Of a DNA stretch of 64,000 nt, positions 1 through 8,985 are shown one piece after another (the first letter of the stretch is position 1; each line of letters begins with the position of its first letter). Location: positions 4,108 through 68,107 of the forward strand of contig JAJCYY010000013.1 of assembly GCA_029262735.1 (NCBI GenBank). Direction: 5' to 3'. Both the position numbers and the translations under genes were made by a program. The DNA is from Chloroflexota bacterium (GTDB lineage: Bacteria; Chloroflexota; Dehalococcoidia; Lucifugimonadales; Lucifugimonadaceae). The notes under the pieces were generated by a model, which saw only the letters and a program-made list of their open reading frames with translations, searched no databases and had not been told where the DNA came from.

Positions 1-28
1 ATCACATCTGTGGTGTGCGCAGCCAACT

Positions 29-1501
29 TCAGGAAAGTGTCAGACGGCGAGTTGTGTAGGCGGTATCGTCATCGTCTCCCGATCTGCGCCGCCTTCTCCT
101 CGCCACCTCCGTCTCCTGTGCCATGTTCGCCACAGCCTCGGCTACGTTCTGGGCCACACGCTCATCGAATACGCTCGGGATAATGAAGTCCTCAGAGACA
201 GCGTTCTCAGGGATCACGCTGGCAATCGCCTCGGCGGCTGCAATCTTCATCTCGTCGTTGATCTCCCTCGCCCTGACTTCCAGCACGCCGGCGAACAGTC
301 CGGGAAAACAGAGGGAGTTATTGACCTGGTTCGGATAGTCGGTCCGACCGGTCGCCATGATTCGGACGTTGGAGGGAACATCCTCGGGCCAGATCTCCGG
401 GTCAGGATTCGACAGTGCAAAGACGACGGCATCCTCCGTCATACTGGCGATCTGCTCCGACGTTACCAGCCCCGGACCTGCAAGTCCCAGGAACACGTCC
501 GCGTCCTGCAGACCTTCCGCCAGGGATCCTGTGAAGTGGTCAGGATTGGTGTTGCTTGCGTACCACTCCTTCATCACGTTGTTGCCGTAGTCACGCTGGA
601 GGGAGAGCGCGCCCTGCCGGTCGAAACCGACGATATTTTTCACGCCGTAGGAGAGCATTATCTTTGTGCAGGCCGTCCCCGATGCGCCAACCCCAGCAAC
701 CACAACTTTCAGGTCCTGCGGGCGTTTCTTCACCAGCCGCAACGCGTTGATGAGGCCTGCCAACACCACCACGGCTGTCCCATGCTGGTCATCGTGGAAC
801 ACCGGTATGTCAAGATCCTTCTTCAGGCGCTCCTCGATCTCGAAGCAACGCGGAGCGCTGATGTCTTCGAGGTTGATACCGCCGAACCCAGGAGCGATAG
901 CCTTGACGATGCTGATGATTTCTTCGGTTTCCTGGGTTTCGAGGACGATGGGCCAGGCGTCGACGCCACCGAACTCCTTGAACAGGAGCGCCTTACCTTC
1001 CATCACCGGCAGGGATGCTGCGGCGCCAATGTTGCCGAGACCAAGGACCGCGCTGCCATCGCTGACGACGGCAACCGTGTGTCCTTTCCCCGTGAGCGTC
1101 CAGACCGCCTCCGGGTCGTCGTGAATCGCCATGCAGACCCGTCCTACGCCCGGTGTGTAGGCCTTCGACATGTCGTCACGCGTATTGACCGGCTGTTTGC
1201 TGCGCATCTCGATCTTGCCACCGAGGTGCAGCAGGAATGTCGGGTCGGAAACCGTGCGAATTCGCACACTCTCCACGGCAGCGACGGCCTCCGTAACTTC
1301 TTCTCCATGCTCGATCGAACGGGCATTGATCGTGAAGTCTCTAACCATCATGCCGCTAGAGGTGGAGACGACATCGATAGCCGAGGCGTCGCCGCCGGCA
1401 TCGCCGATCGCTGATGTGATCCGGCCTAACATGCCGGGTGTGTTCGGGTACTCCGCCCGGACAACAATGCTGTATGCGACGCCTGGTGCTGGTCCAGCCA
1501 T
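29..1501 (-). CDS. NAD(P)-dependent malic enzyme with N-terminal ACT domain
   Basis: The ORF has an ACT-like N-terminus (VAYSIVVRAEYPNTPGML) followed by malic-enzyme N-terminal and NAD-binding regions (GIN..., VVAGVGASG Rossmann motif). The start was chosen at MAGPAPG because an AGGAGG sits about 9 nt upstream on the minus strand. Confidence 0.85.
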   Translation of the reverse strand: MAGPAPGVAYSIVVRAEYPNTPGMLGRITSAIGDAGGDASAIDVVSTSSGMMVRDFTINARSIEHGEEVTEAVAAVESVRIRTVSDPTFLLHLGGKIEMRSKQPVNTRDDMSKAYTPGVGRVCMAIHDDPEAVWTLTGKGHTVAVVSDGSAVLGLGNIGAAASLPVMEGKALLFKEFGGVDAWPIVLETQETEEIISIVKAIAPGFGGINLEDISAPRCFEIEERLKKDLDIPVFHDDQHGTAVVVLAGLINALRLVKKRPQDLKVVVAGVGASGTACTKIMLSYGVKNIVGFDRQGALSLQRDYGNNVMKEWYASNTNPDHFTGSLAEGLQDADVFLGLAGPGLVTSEQIASMTEDAVVFALSNPDPEIWPEDVPSNVRIMATGRTDYPNQVNNSLCFPGLFAGVLEVRAREINDEMKIAAAEAIASVIPENAVSEDFIIPSVFDERVAQNVAEAVANMAQETEVARRRRRRSGDDDDTAYTTRRLTLS

Positions 1502-1853
1502 GCCGAACATCCTCCTTGGACGCACCAGTGCTGGCGCGATTAAGACTTCACAAACTTGTCGAATCAAAAAAGTGCGGACACCGGGACCTCAAAGAGAAGA
1601 ACAACTTTCTCTACGGTGCACCGGCCCATCGTAAGTTCAATTGGAACGAATCTTAACACCGCGCCCGGATTCCGAATGCAACAGTTCGCATCAGTGTGAT
1701 TCTTGAAACGGCGAATCGGTTGATTCCCCGCCAGTGGTGAACCTTGTCTGTCTTCAGCCGTGATCAGAAATTCTTCACGGCAGCGCCACTCAAAGATCGA
1801 AAAAATGTCGTAAAGTTCTGGTCAAGCGCACGAAGGAAAATCAGGAGGCGAGA

Positions 1854-2636
1854 ATGACCCAGGCCCAGAACCAGAAGCCGGCTATCAAAGGCAAGTTCAC
1901 AACTGCCACCATCACACGCAGAGTGGATATTGCCCACGACCTCTGGAAGATCTGGCTCAAACCCGAGCAATCGTTCGCTTTCAAGCCTGGACAGTACTGC
2001 ACCATCGGCGCTGCAGGAATAGAGCGACCGTACTCCATCGTGTCGTCACCGGACGAGCCGGAGATCGAACTCTTCGTCGAACTTGTCCCGCTCCCAGACG
2101 GCAACCTGACGCCTGTGCTGCACAAGATGGGCGTGGGTGAGACGGTGACGCTCAGGCCACGCCCCAAAGGCATTTTTGTCATTCAGCCGAAGTACAAGAA
2201 CCATGTGCTCGTGGGGACCGTCACCGGAACCGTGCCATATGTGAGCATGCTGCGAAAGTTCCTTGCCGACCCGGAATGGCCCGAAGACCAGGGAGTGCCG
2301 CGTTCGGAGCACCGCTTCTTTGTCCTGGAAGGCGCCAGTTATGTGCACGAACTCGGTTATGACGAGGAGTTGGGGAAACTGGCAGCAGAGCATGACTTCA
2401 TCGAGTTCATGCCGTCGATAAGCCGTCCCGACGAGGAGCCGAACAAGGGCTGGGATGGTGCGACAGGCCGAATCAACACACTTGTCGAAGACTACGTCGC
2501 AGAACGCGGTTTGAATCCGCTTGAGACCTGCGTCTACGCTTGCGGCCATCCGCAGATGATCGAGGACGTGCGGGCGCGGTTCGAGGGAACAGATTTCCAC
2601 TTCATCGAAGAGCGGTTCTGGAAAGACGACGACTAG
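1854..2636 (+). CDS. ferredoxin--NADP(+) reductase (FNR family, FAD/NAD-binding)
   Basis: The 260-aa product has RPYSI (FAD-binding RxYS) and GTGTVP (NAD(P)-binding) motifs. An AGGAGG sits 6 nt upstream of the ATG. Confidence 0.85.
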   Translation: MTQAQNQKPAIKGKFTTATITRRVDIAHDLWKIWLKPEQSFAFKPGQYCTIGAAGIERPYSIVSSPDEPEIELFVELVPLPDGNLTPVLHKMGVGETVTLRPRPKGIFVIQPKYKNHVLVGTVTGTVPYVSMLRKFLADPEWPEDQGVPRSEHRFFVLEGASYVHELGYDEELGKLAAEHDFIEFMPSISRPDEEPNKGWDGATGRINTLVEDYVAERGLNPLETCVYACGHPQMIEDVRARFEGTDFHFIEERFWKDDD

Positions 2637-2793
2637 ACGGTTGCTCACTGCTCAGACCGAGAATCGATGCGGTAGTATGCGCAGCGCGTTCTATTGCGTA
2701 TTTTTCAGATTGCGCTGACCGGTTCCAGTTGGCCAATTCACAATTCACAGTTCACAGTCAACACAACAGCACACGTCATCAACGGAGACCAAC

Positions 2794-3687
2794 ATGGCAG
2801 AAAAGATCGGATTCGTCGGCCTCGGCATCATGGGAAAGCCGATGGCCCGCAACTTGATGAAGGCCGGGTACGATGTGACGGTGTTCGACCTCTTCCCCGA
2901 ACCTGTAAACGAACTCGTAGCGGAAGGCGCCACGAAAGGCGAGTCCGGAGCAGATGTCGCAAGCAAGTCCAGCATCGTCGTGACGATGGTCCAGAACAGC
3001 CCGCAGTCTGAGGCGGCGATTCTGGGTGAGCACGGCGTTCTCGCAGGCGCCAGCAAGGGCGATCTGATCGTCGACATGAGCTCGATAGAGCCGGGATCTT
3101 CGCAGAAGACCGGCGCGGCCTGTGACGAAGCAGGCGTCGGCTTCCTCGATGCGCCGGTTTCAGGCGGCGAGCCCTTCGCAGTGTCCGGCGACCTGGCGAT
3201 CATGGTCGGCGGAAACGCGGCAGACTTCGAGACTGCAAAACCGCTTTTCGATGTGATGGGCAAGTCTTCGGTGCTCTGTGGCGGGCACGGAGCTGGCAAC
3301 GTCGTGAAGCTGGCGAACCAGATCTGTGTCGCTTCCAACATCATGGGTCTTGCCGAAGCGATGACGTTGGCGGCGAAGGCGGGTGTGAATCCTGAGACGG
3401 TGTTCGATGCGATCAAGGGCGGGCTGGCCGGCAGCAACGTCATGAACGCTAAAGCGCCGATGATGTTCGACCGCAACTTTAATCCCGGTTTCAGGATTGA
3501 GCTGCACTACAAGGACCTGAACAACGCCATGTCCACGGCGAGTGCATTGAATGTGCCTCTCGTTATGACATCCCAGATGCAACAGATACTCGGCGCATTG
3601 ATGGAGTGGGGCCACGGCAAGGAGGACCACGCCGGTTTCCTCCACTTCCCGGAGCGCCTCTCCGGCGTTGAGGTTAAGAAGTTCTAG
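2794..3687 (+). CDS. NAD-binding beta-hydroxyacid dehydrogenase (2-hydroxy-3-oxopropionate reductase / 3-hydroxyisobutyrate dehydrogenase family)
   Basis: The N-terminus reads MAEKIGFVGLGIMGKPMARNL (GxGxxG Rossmann). The remainder is typical of GarR/MmsB, including the conserved catalytic Lys region (VGLAEAMTLA). Confidence 0.85.
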   Translation: MAEKIGFVGLGIMGKPMARNLMKAGYDVTVFDLFPEPVNELVAEGATKGESGADVASKSSIVVTMVQNSPQSEAAILGEHGVLAGASKGDLIVDMSSIEPGSSQKTGAACDEAGVGFLDAPVSGGEPFAVSGDLAIMVGGNAADFETAKPLFDVMGKSSVLCGGHGAGNVVKLANQICVASNIMGLAEAMTLAAKAGVNPETVFDAIKGGLAGSNVMNAKAPMMFDRNFNPGFRIELHYKDLNNAMSTASALNVPLVMTSQMQQILGALMEWGHGKEDHAGFLHFPERLSGVEVKKF

Positions 3688-3876
3688 TCGGATCGATAGA
3701 AAAATGGTGCGGCGGCGCAGGTTAGCGTCGCCGTTTCTGTTAGCTCGGATTTCTGTCTGCAAGTTGCTTGTCAATACCCGGATATCGGGTTGGCAGCGGC
3801 CAGGGATTTACGAGGGCATGAGATCATGCAAACTCGTCGGGGATGCCACAAGCTTCTGAGCCTATGAGATAGACCG

Positions 3877-4332
3877 ATGGATTTGATCGTAAATGGCGAA
3901 CGGCACAGCCTGGTCGTCGATCGCGAGCGCAGCCTTCTTAGCGTACTGCGCGATGAGGACGGGTTGACCGGCTCCAAATACGGGGGCGGCGAAGGTAACT
4001 GCGGCGCATGCACCGTCTTAATCGCCGGTGAGCCGGCGCAGTCTTGCGTCACTTCTGCCTCTGCGGCCGCCGAGCGCCATGTCACGACAATTGAAGGACT
4101 GGCGGACGGAGAATCCCTGCATCCTGTGCAGCAGGCGTTCGTCGACCACAGTGCGTTCCAGTGCGGATACTGCACGCCCGGTTTCATCATTAGCGCTGTG
4201 GGACTGTTGAAGCGAAATCCCCATCCGGACGAAAAAGAGATTCGCTCAGGCCTGAACGGCAACATCTGCCGCTGTGGCGCTTACGCAAGAATCGTGAAGG
4301 CGGTGCGCTCCGCGTCGGAGACGGCTGAGTGA
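3877..4332 (+). CDS. (2Fe-2S)-binding small subunit of xanthine dehydrogenase/aldehyde oxidase-family molybdo-hydroxylase
   Basis: The 151-aa product carries a CGACTV plant-type ferredoxin motif and a second cluster CGYCTPG...CRCGAY, typical of CoxS/IorA-like subunits. Confidence 0.85.
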   Translation: MDLIVNGERHSLVVDRERSLLSVLRDEDGLTGSKYGGGEGNCGACTVLIAGEPAQSCVTSASAAAERHVTTIEGLADGESLHPVQQAFVDHSAFQCGYCTPGFIISAVGLLKRNPHPDEKEIRSGLNGNICRCGAYARIVKAVRSASETAE

Positions 4333-6386
4333 GCGAGAACTCAACGACTCCGATGTTCGCACTAACGGTGATCGGTCCGCCCCGCTGGACCGAACCTGGC
4401 GAACCGAATGACGCGGCAGGTGAACCTGCTGTGCTGCTCACTATCGACACCGGAGGCCACGTGGCCGTCTACTCCGGGAAAGTTGAGTACGGTCAGGCAA
4501 TTCGGCACGGTTTTGCGCTGGCCGCTACTGACGAGTTATCCCTGGAACCGTCCGAAATCGATGTGGTGCTTGCTGACACGGCAAGGGTGCCATGGGACCG
4601 CGCCACCGTCGGAAGCGCCTCTACCCGAACAACCGGTGTGCAACTGGGGAGAGCCGCCGCCACTGCGCGACGGGTTTTGTTGGAGTTGGGAGCCGAACGG
4701 TTTGGCGCGCCAGGCTCTGACCTGGAGCTTTCAACAGGTCACCTCCGGAATTCACGTAGCGGCGAAGCCGTCGCATTCAGCGAACTCCTCAGCGGCCTTA
4801 ATATCGAGCGGGAAATACCGGACGACATTCCTCCGGCAGCGGAGAAGCGAGATCTGACGAACGGCGACAGGGGTGTCAGGGTTGACGCAATTGAAAAGGT
4901 GACCGGGCGTGCTATTTATTCACGGGACTTTTCCATCCCCGGAATGCTGCACGGCAGGGTGATACGGCCGCCTTCGTACGGCGCAACCCTTGTGGACCTT
5001 GACGCTGGCAGGGCGGAACGCGTGCCGGGCTTCGTCGCGCTGGTGCGGGACGGGAACTTTACCGCGGTCGTTGCCGAAACGGAAAACGCGGCGGAAGACG
5101 CGGCCGAATCCGTGCGAGTGCGCTGGTCTGACGAGCGGGATAACTCGTCAGATTGGAACCTCCCTGCCCTGCTCAAGGAGCACGCCGGCGAAGAGGTTGT
5201 GCTGCAGGAATCCGGTTTATCAGATAGAGGTCTTGAGAATGCAGAGACGGCCCTTGATGGGACGTACTTCGCTCCCTATGTCTCAAACGCGCAGATGGAA
5301 CCCAGTGCTGCGGTAGCTCAGTGGACCGGCACGGCCGACACTGAAACTCTCACGGTCTGGTGCGGCAACCGGGGACCATTCACCGAGCGTTCATTGCTCG
5401 CCGACGCACTGGGAATAGACGAGCAGGCTGTTCGTGTCGTGACTCTTGCCGTCGGTGGCTCATTCGGCACCAAGACGCCAACCGTCAGCCTTGAGGCCGC
5501 GAGACTGGCGCGGCGCGTTGGCCGACCGGTCAAAGTGGTTTACAGCCGGGCTGAAGAGTTCGCGTGGAGCACCGTTCGGCCGGCAGCTTTGATCGAAATC
5601 AAGTCAGGATTCTCGTCCGACGGGCTGCTGACCGCCTGGGACTACAGCGCGTTTTATTCAGGGGAGAACGCCTTTCGCGGTCGCCGTGGCGCGACAACTC
5701 CGTATGACGTCTCCGATGTCCGCGTCGCAGTTTCAGGTTCGATATCACCACTGCAGTACGGCTCTTACCGCTCCCTCGGTGGCGCCACGAACCACTTCGC
5801 CCGTGAGACCCACATGGACCGCATCGCGCGCCAGCTGGAGATGGACCCGGCAGAGTTCCGGCTTAAGAACCTTTCCCACCCACGTTATGTCCGGGTGCTG
5901 AAAGAGGCGATGGAACGGTTTGGCTGGAGCGAGCGCCAAAAACGCAGCGACGGTGTCGGTTTCGGGCTGGCGGTCGGCTTCGACGCAGGAAGCTACGTTG
6001 CCCAGTGCGTGGAGGTGACTGTTGTTGACGGGCAGGTACGTGTGAACCGTGTTACGGCGGCATTCGACTGTGGCGCAATGTTCAACCCGGACGGTGTGCG
6101 AAACCAGGTTGAGGGCTCAATCATCATGGGAATGGGGACCGCTCTCTGGGAAACCGTTGAGTTTGACGGTGGGCGCGTTCTGAATACAGGTTTCAACAAA
6201 TACAGAGTCCCGCGCCTCATGGACGCGCCGGAGATCGATGTCGTCCTGATTGACGATCCTTCAAACCATGCGACCGGTGCCGGTGAGCCTGGCATCGTGC
6301 CAATCGCCGCGGCAATCGCAAATGCGGTTGCAGACGCCACGGGTACTGAAATCGAACGGTTGCCGATTGAGCCACTGCTTCAGTGA
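4329..6386 (+). CDS. molybdopterin-binding large subunit of xanthine dehydrogenase/aldehyde oxidase-family enzyme
   Basis: The 685-aa product has a GTG start overlapping the upstream stop (GTGA). It carries the GGSFG and AGEPG motifs of the MoCo-binding CoxL/IorB family. No FAD-binding (CoxM-like) subunit lies nearby. Confidence 0.8.
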   Translation: MSENSTTPMFALTVIGPPRWTEPGEPNDAAGEPAVLLTIDTGGHVAVYSGKVEYGQAIRHGFALAATDELSLEPSEIDVVLADTARVPWDRATVGSASTRTTGVQLGRAAATARRVLLELGAERFGAPGSDLELSTGHLRNSRSGEAVAFSELLSGLNIEREIPDDIPPAAEKRDLTNGDRGVRVDAIEKVTGRAIYSRDFSIPGMLHGRVIRPPSYGATLVDLDAGRAERVPGFVALVRDGNFTAVVAETENAAEDAAESVRVRWSDERDNSSDWNLPALLKEHAGEEVVLQESGLSDRGLENAETALDGTYFAPYVSNAQMEPSAAVAQWTGTADTETLTVWCGNRGPFTERSLLADALGIDEQAVRVVTLAVGGSFGTKTPTVSLEAARLARRVGRPVKVVYSRAEEFAWSTVRPAALIEIKSGFSSDGLLTAWDYSAFYSGENAFRGRRGATTPYDVSDVRVAVSGSISPLQYGSYRSLGGATNHFARETHMDRIARQLEMDPAEFRLKNLSHPRYVRVLKEAMERFGWSERQKRSDGVGFGLAVGFDAGSYVAQCVEVTVVDGQVRVNRVTAAFDCGAMFNPDGVRNQVEGSIIMGMGTALWETVEFDGGRVLNTGFNKYRVPRLMDAPEIDVVLIDDPSNHATGAGEPGIVPIAAAIANAVADATGTEIERLPIEPLLQ

Positions 6387-6469
6387 CGGCCAGTTCGCTG
6401 CCCTCCCGCCAGTATGTTGACTATCTTCCACGGCCGCATCTATCATTCCGGCGTTGTCGAATAGACATT

Positions 6470-6660
6470 GCCTCCCGGGTGCCGCCCGCCTCAACAGAAG
6501 GGCGAGCGGTGAAAAGGGAAAGCGGTAAGAATCCGCTGCGGTAGCGCCACTGTGATCGGCGAGTCTGTCTGCACGAGCCACTGCTCCGGCTAACGGGAGC
6601 GGGAAGGCGCAGACAGGCGTTGGAGCCGAGAGCCAGGAGACCTGCCCGAGAGGCTGAGTG
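6470..6660 (+). promoter_or_regulatory. cobalamin (B12) riboswitch
   Basis: The element contains GGTGAAAAGGGAAAGCGGTAAGAATCCGC, GCCACTGTGATCGGCGAG and GCCACTG...GGGAAGGCG. A canonical B12 box AGCCAGGAGACCTGCC lies at 6631-6646. It is followed by the hairpin plus T-run AAAACCCTGGCG-TAAG-CGCCGGGGTTTTT (6763-6791) abutting the start codon at 6794. Confidence 0.85.
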
Positions 6661-6793
6661 ACTGCTTCCCGCCAAGGGGGTGGCTCTCGACTGTGGGTCT
6701 CCGGGACGGTCAGTGGGTTGCACTGGTTAGCCGGTTTTAATACAGATTCACGGCAAGAGACAAAACCCTGGCGTAAGCGCCGGGGTTTTTCGC

Positions 6794-7876
6794 GTGCTGC
6801 GATCTACGGTACGGAACACACGCGGCTCTCTTGCCGCGAATACGGTCATCCACCGGCTCATCGCGGGCTCGGTTGTGATCGGGCTATTGCTGCTAATCGC
6901 TTCACTCGTTGCACTTTCCACCGGTCCGGTGGTCATCTCGTTCTCCGAAACGCTGTCAGCGCTGTTCGAGTGGGTCAGAATCGGAGAGTCATCGGCCACG
7001 CGGACACAGCAGGCTGTCATTGAGAACATCCGGATTCCGAGAGTGCTGATGGCGCTGGGCGCGGGCGCTGGACTGGGCGTGGCTGGAGCGACGATGCAGG
7101 GGCTTTTCCGGAACCCGCTCGCTGATCCCGGGATTATTGGAGTCTCAGCAGGCGGCGCGCTTGGTGCGGTAATCGCAATCGCCACTGGCCTGGCGGTGAC
7201 TTCCACGCTCTTCCTGCCGCTCTTGGCATTCGTTGGAGCTGCGACTGCGACTGTGATCGTGTTCGCAGTTGGTATCGCCGCCGGAGGAAGGGCTTCGATG
7301 GCATCGCTGCTGCTGGCTGGCGTCGCCGTCAGTTCTTTCTTCGGTGCCATCACTTCAGCCGTAATCATCCTCACCGCCAACCTCGAGGCTCAGCGGCAGA
7401 TGGTGTTCTGGCTGGCCGGTGGACTTGAAGGAGCGCGCTGGGAATCGGTACGCATCGTTCTGCCAATAGCGCTGGCGGGGATCGCAGTTGTTGCGGTGTA
7501 CGCCAGGGACCTGAACCTGCTGCTTGTCGGCGAAGACGAGGCAAGGTCGTTGGGCGTGCGCGTCGGATTTGTCCGTGGCCTTCTGCTCAGTGTTGCCGCG
7601 CTATTGACCGGGACCGCTGTCGCATTCACCGGGACCATCGCCTTCGTCGGTTTGATCGTGCCGCACTCAATCAGGCTCTTGATCGGTCCGGATCACAGGG
7701 CGCTTGTTCCGTTGAGCGCGCTGGGCGGCGGATTGTTCCTGCTCATCGCAGACACGTTGGCACGAAACGTGGCCAATCCGGTCGAACTCAGGGTCGGGAT
7801 TATCACCGCCCTTGCAGGCGCGCCTTTCTTCCTGTTTCTACTCGTGAAACAGAGGTCTCGAGCAGGTCTGCTGTGA
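6794..7876 (+). CDS. btuC: ABC transporter permease, FecCD/BtuC family
   Basis: The product is polytopic and shows FecCD-family features (RIPRVLMALGAGAGLGVAGATMQG, LLVGEDEARSLGV). It has a GTG start. The gene symbol is assigned by context only, from the upstream B12 riboswitch and neighbouring cob genes. Confidence 0.8.
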   Translation: MLRSTVRNTRGSLAANTVIHRLIAGSVVIGLLLLIASLVALSTGPVVISFSETLSALFEWVRIGESSATRTQQAVIENIRIPRVLMALGAGAGLGVAGATMQGLFRNPLADPGIIGVSAGGALGAVIAIATGLAVTSTLFLPLLAFVGAATATVIVFAVGIAAGGRASMASLLLAGVAVSSFFGAITSAVIILTANLEAQRQMVFWLAGGLEGARWESVRIVLPIALAGIAVVAVYARDLNLLLVGEDEARSLGVRVGFVRGLLLSVAALLTGTAVAFTGTIAFVGLIVPHSIRLLIGPDHRALVPLSALGGGLFLLIADTLARNVANPVELRVGIITALAGAPFFLFLLVKQRSRAGLL

Positions 7877-7896
7877 GCCACAATCTGGAGGATTAG

Positions 7897-8979
7897 ATGT
7901 CTGAGTCGAAACGAACCGGCCGGGGAAGACTGATCGTAATGCTCGGCCTCGCGGGACTGATACTTGCCACGATTACCATCTCGGCGTGTTCGAGCTCCGC
8001 GTCGTCGGCAGGCGCACCGCAGCCTACCGCCACAGCCCAGCAGGAAGCCCTGCCTGGAATGGCGCGGTTCGCCGCCGTGCCGGGAATCATCGATCCGACC
8101 AATTTCGGCTGGCCGCGGGAGGTAGAAACAGGGACAGGCCGCTTCCAGATTACAGCGGCACCGGAGCGAATTTACAGCCTCTCGCTCGGGCACGCTGAAA
8201 TCGTAGCCGCGCTGCGTGGCGGCGACGTGCTGGTCGCAGCAGCCAGCTTCTTCAAGGATCCCGGCACATCTGCCTCGTACGCAGAGTTTGAAGGATTGCC
8301 GGATGCAGGAAGCGATCCCGAGGAGATCATCGGGCTTGATCCCGAATGGGTGATCGCCTCGGCATTCACGTCAGCCGACCTTGTTGCCCAGCTTTCCGGG
8401 GTCGGCATCGACGTGGTCAGGGCAAACCTTGAAGATTCTGCGCTGGGAAACGTGCCGAATATTCTTCTACTTGGTTACATGCTGGGCGAGGAACAGCGAG
8501 CCCTGGAGCTGGCTGAAGAGGTGACAAGGCGTGTCAATGCGATCTCTGATCGAGTGAATTCGTCGAATCCGGCACGGCCCAGGGTGCTGGCCATGTCACG
8601 GTTTTCCGACATCTTCGCGGCCGGTGACGGCTCTACTGAAGGCGGGATCATCGAGGCGGCCGGGGCGGTCAATGTTGCTGCGGAGGGCGGCATCGCAGGG
8701 CACCAGACCATCGGTATCGAAGGCATCGCAGCCATGAGTCCCGACGTCATCCTGCTCACGCAACCCGAACAGTCGGCGTTGGAACTGGCGGATGAACTGT
8801 ACTCAGATCCGGCGCTCGCCGAAGTGCCTGCGATCCGGGACCGCCGCGTTCTCTACGCCGACCCGACGTTCTACACCACGCTGTCGCACTGGAACGTGCG
8901 GGGGATCGAGGAGTCGGCGAAGCTCTTCTACCCGGAGCTGTTCAGTGAAATGAGCTTCGTGCCGTTCACACACCCGTAG
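7897..8979 (+). CDS. btuF: ABC transporter periplasmic substrate-binding lipoprotein (BtuF/FecB-like, TroA fold)
   Basis: The product has a signal peptide with a lipobox (LILATITISAC). Its position between the FecCD permease and the ATPase places it in the transporter operon. The symbol is contextual. Confidence 0.7.
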   Translation: MSESKRTGRGRLIVMLGLAGLILATITISACSSSASSAGAPQPTATAQQEALPGMARFAAVPGIIDPTNFGWPREVETGTGRFQITAAPERIYSLSLGHAEIVAALRGGDVLVAAASFFKDPGTSASYAEFEGLPDAGSDPEEIIGLDPEWVIASAFTSADLVAQLSGVGIDVVRANLEDSALGNVPNILLLGYMLGEEQRALELAEEVTRRVNAISDRVNSSNPARPRVLAMSRFSDIFAAGDGSTEGGIIEAAGAVNVAAEGGIAGHQTIGIEGIAAMSPDVILLTQPEQSALELADELYSDPALAEVPAIRDRRVLYADPTFYTTLSHWNVRGIEESAKLFYPELFSEMSFVPFTHP

Positions 8980-8985
8980 TTCGGA

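Noticed and set aside
536-1414. Long antisense ORFs (for example 536-1414 plus, 14705-15319, 34810-35288, 44270-45031, 31271-31747) overlapping clear genes
   Set aside because: They sit opposite strongly supported genes (malic enzyme, dnaE2, STAND, ftsZ, SPFH). Their translated sequences are Arg/Ala/Pro-rich low-complexity, typical of stop-codon-poor high-GC DNA rather than real overlapping genes.
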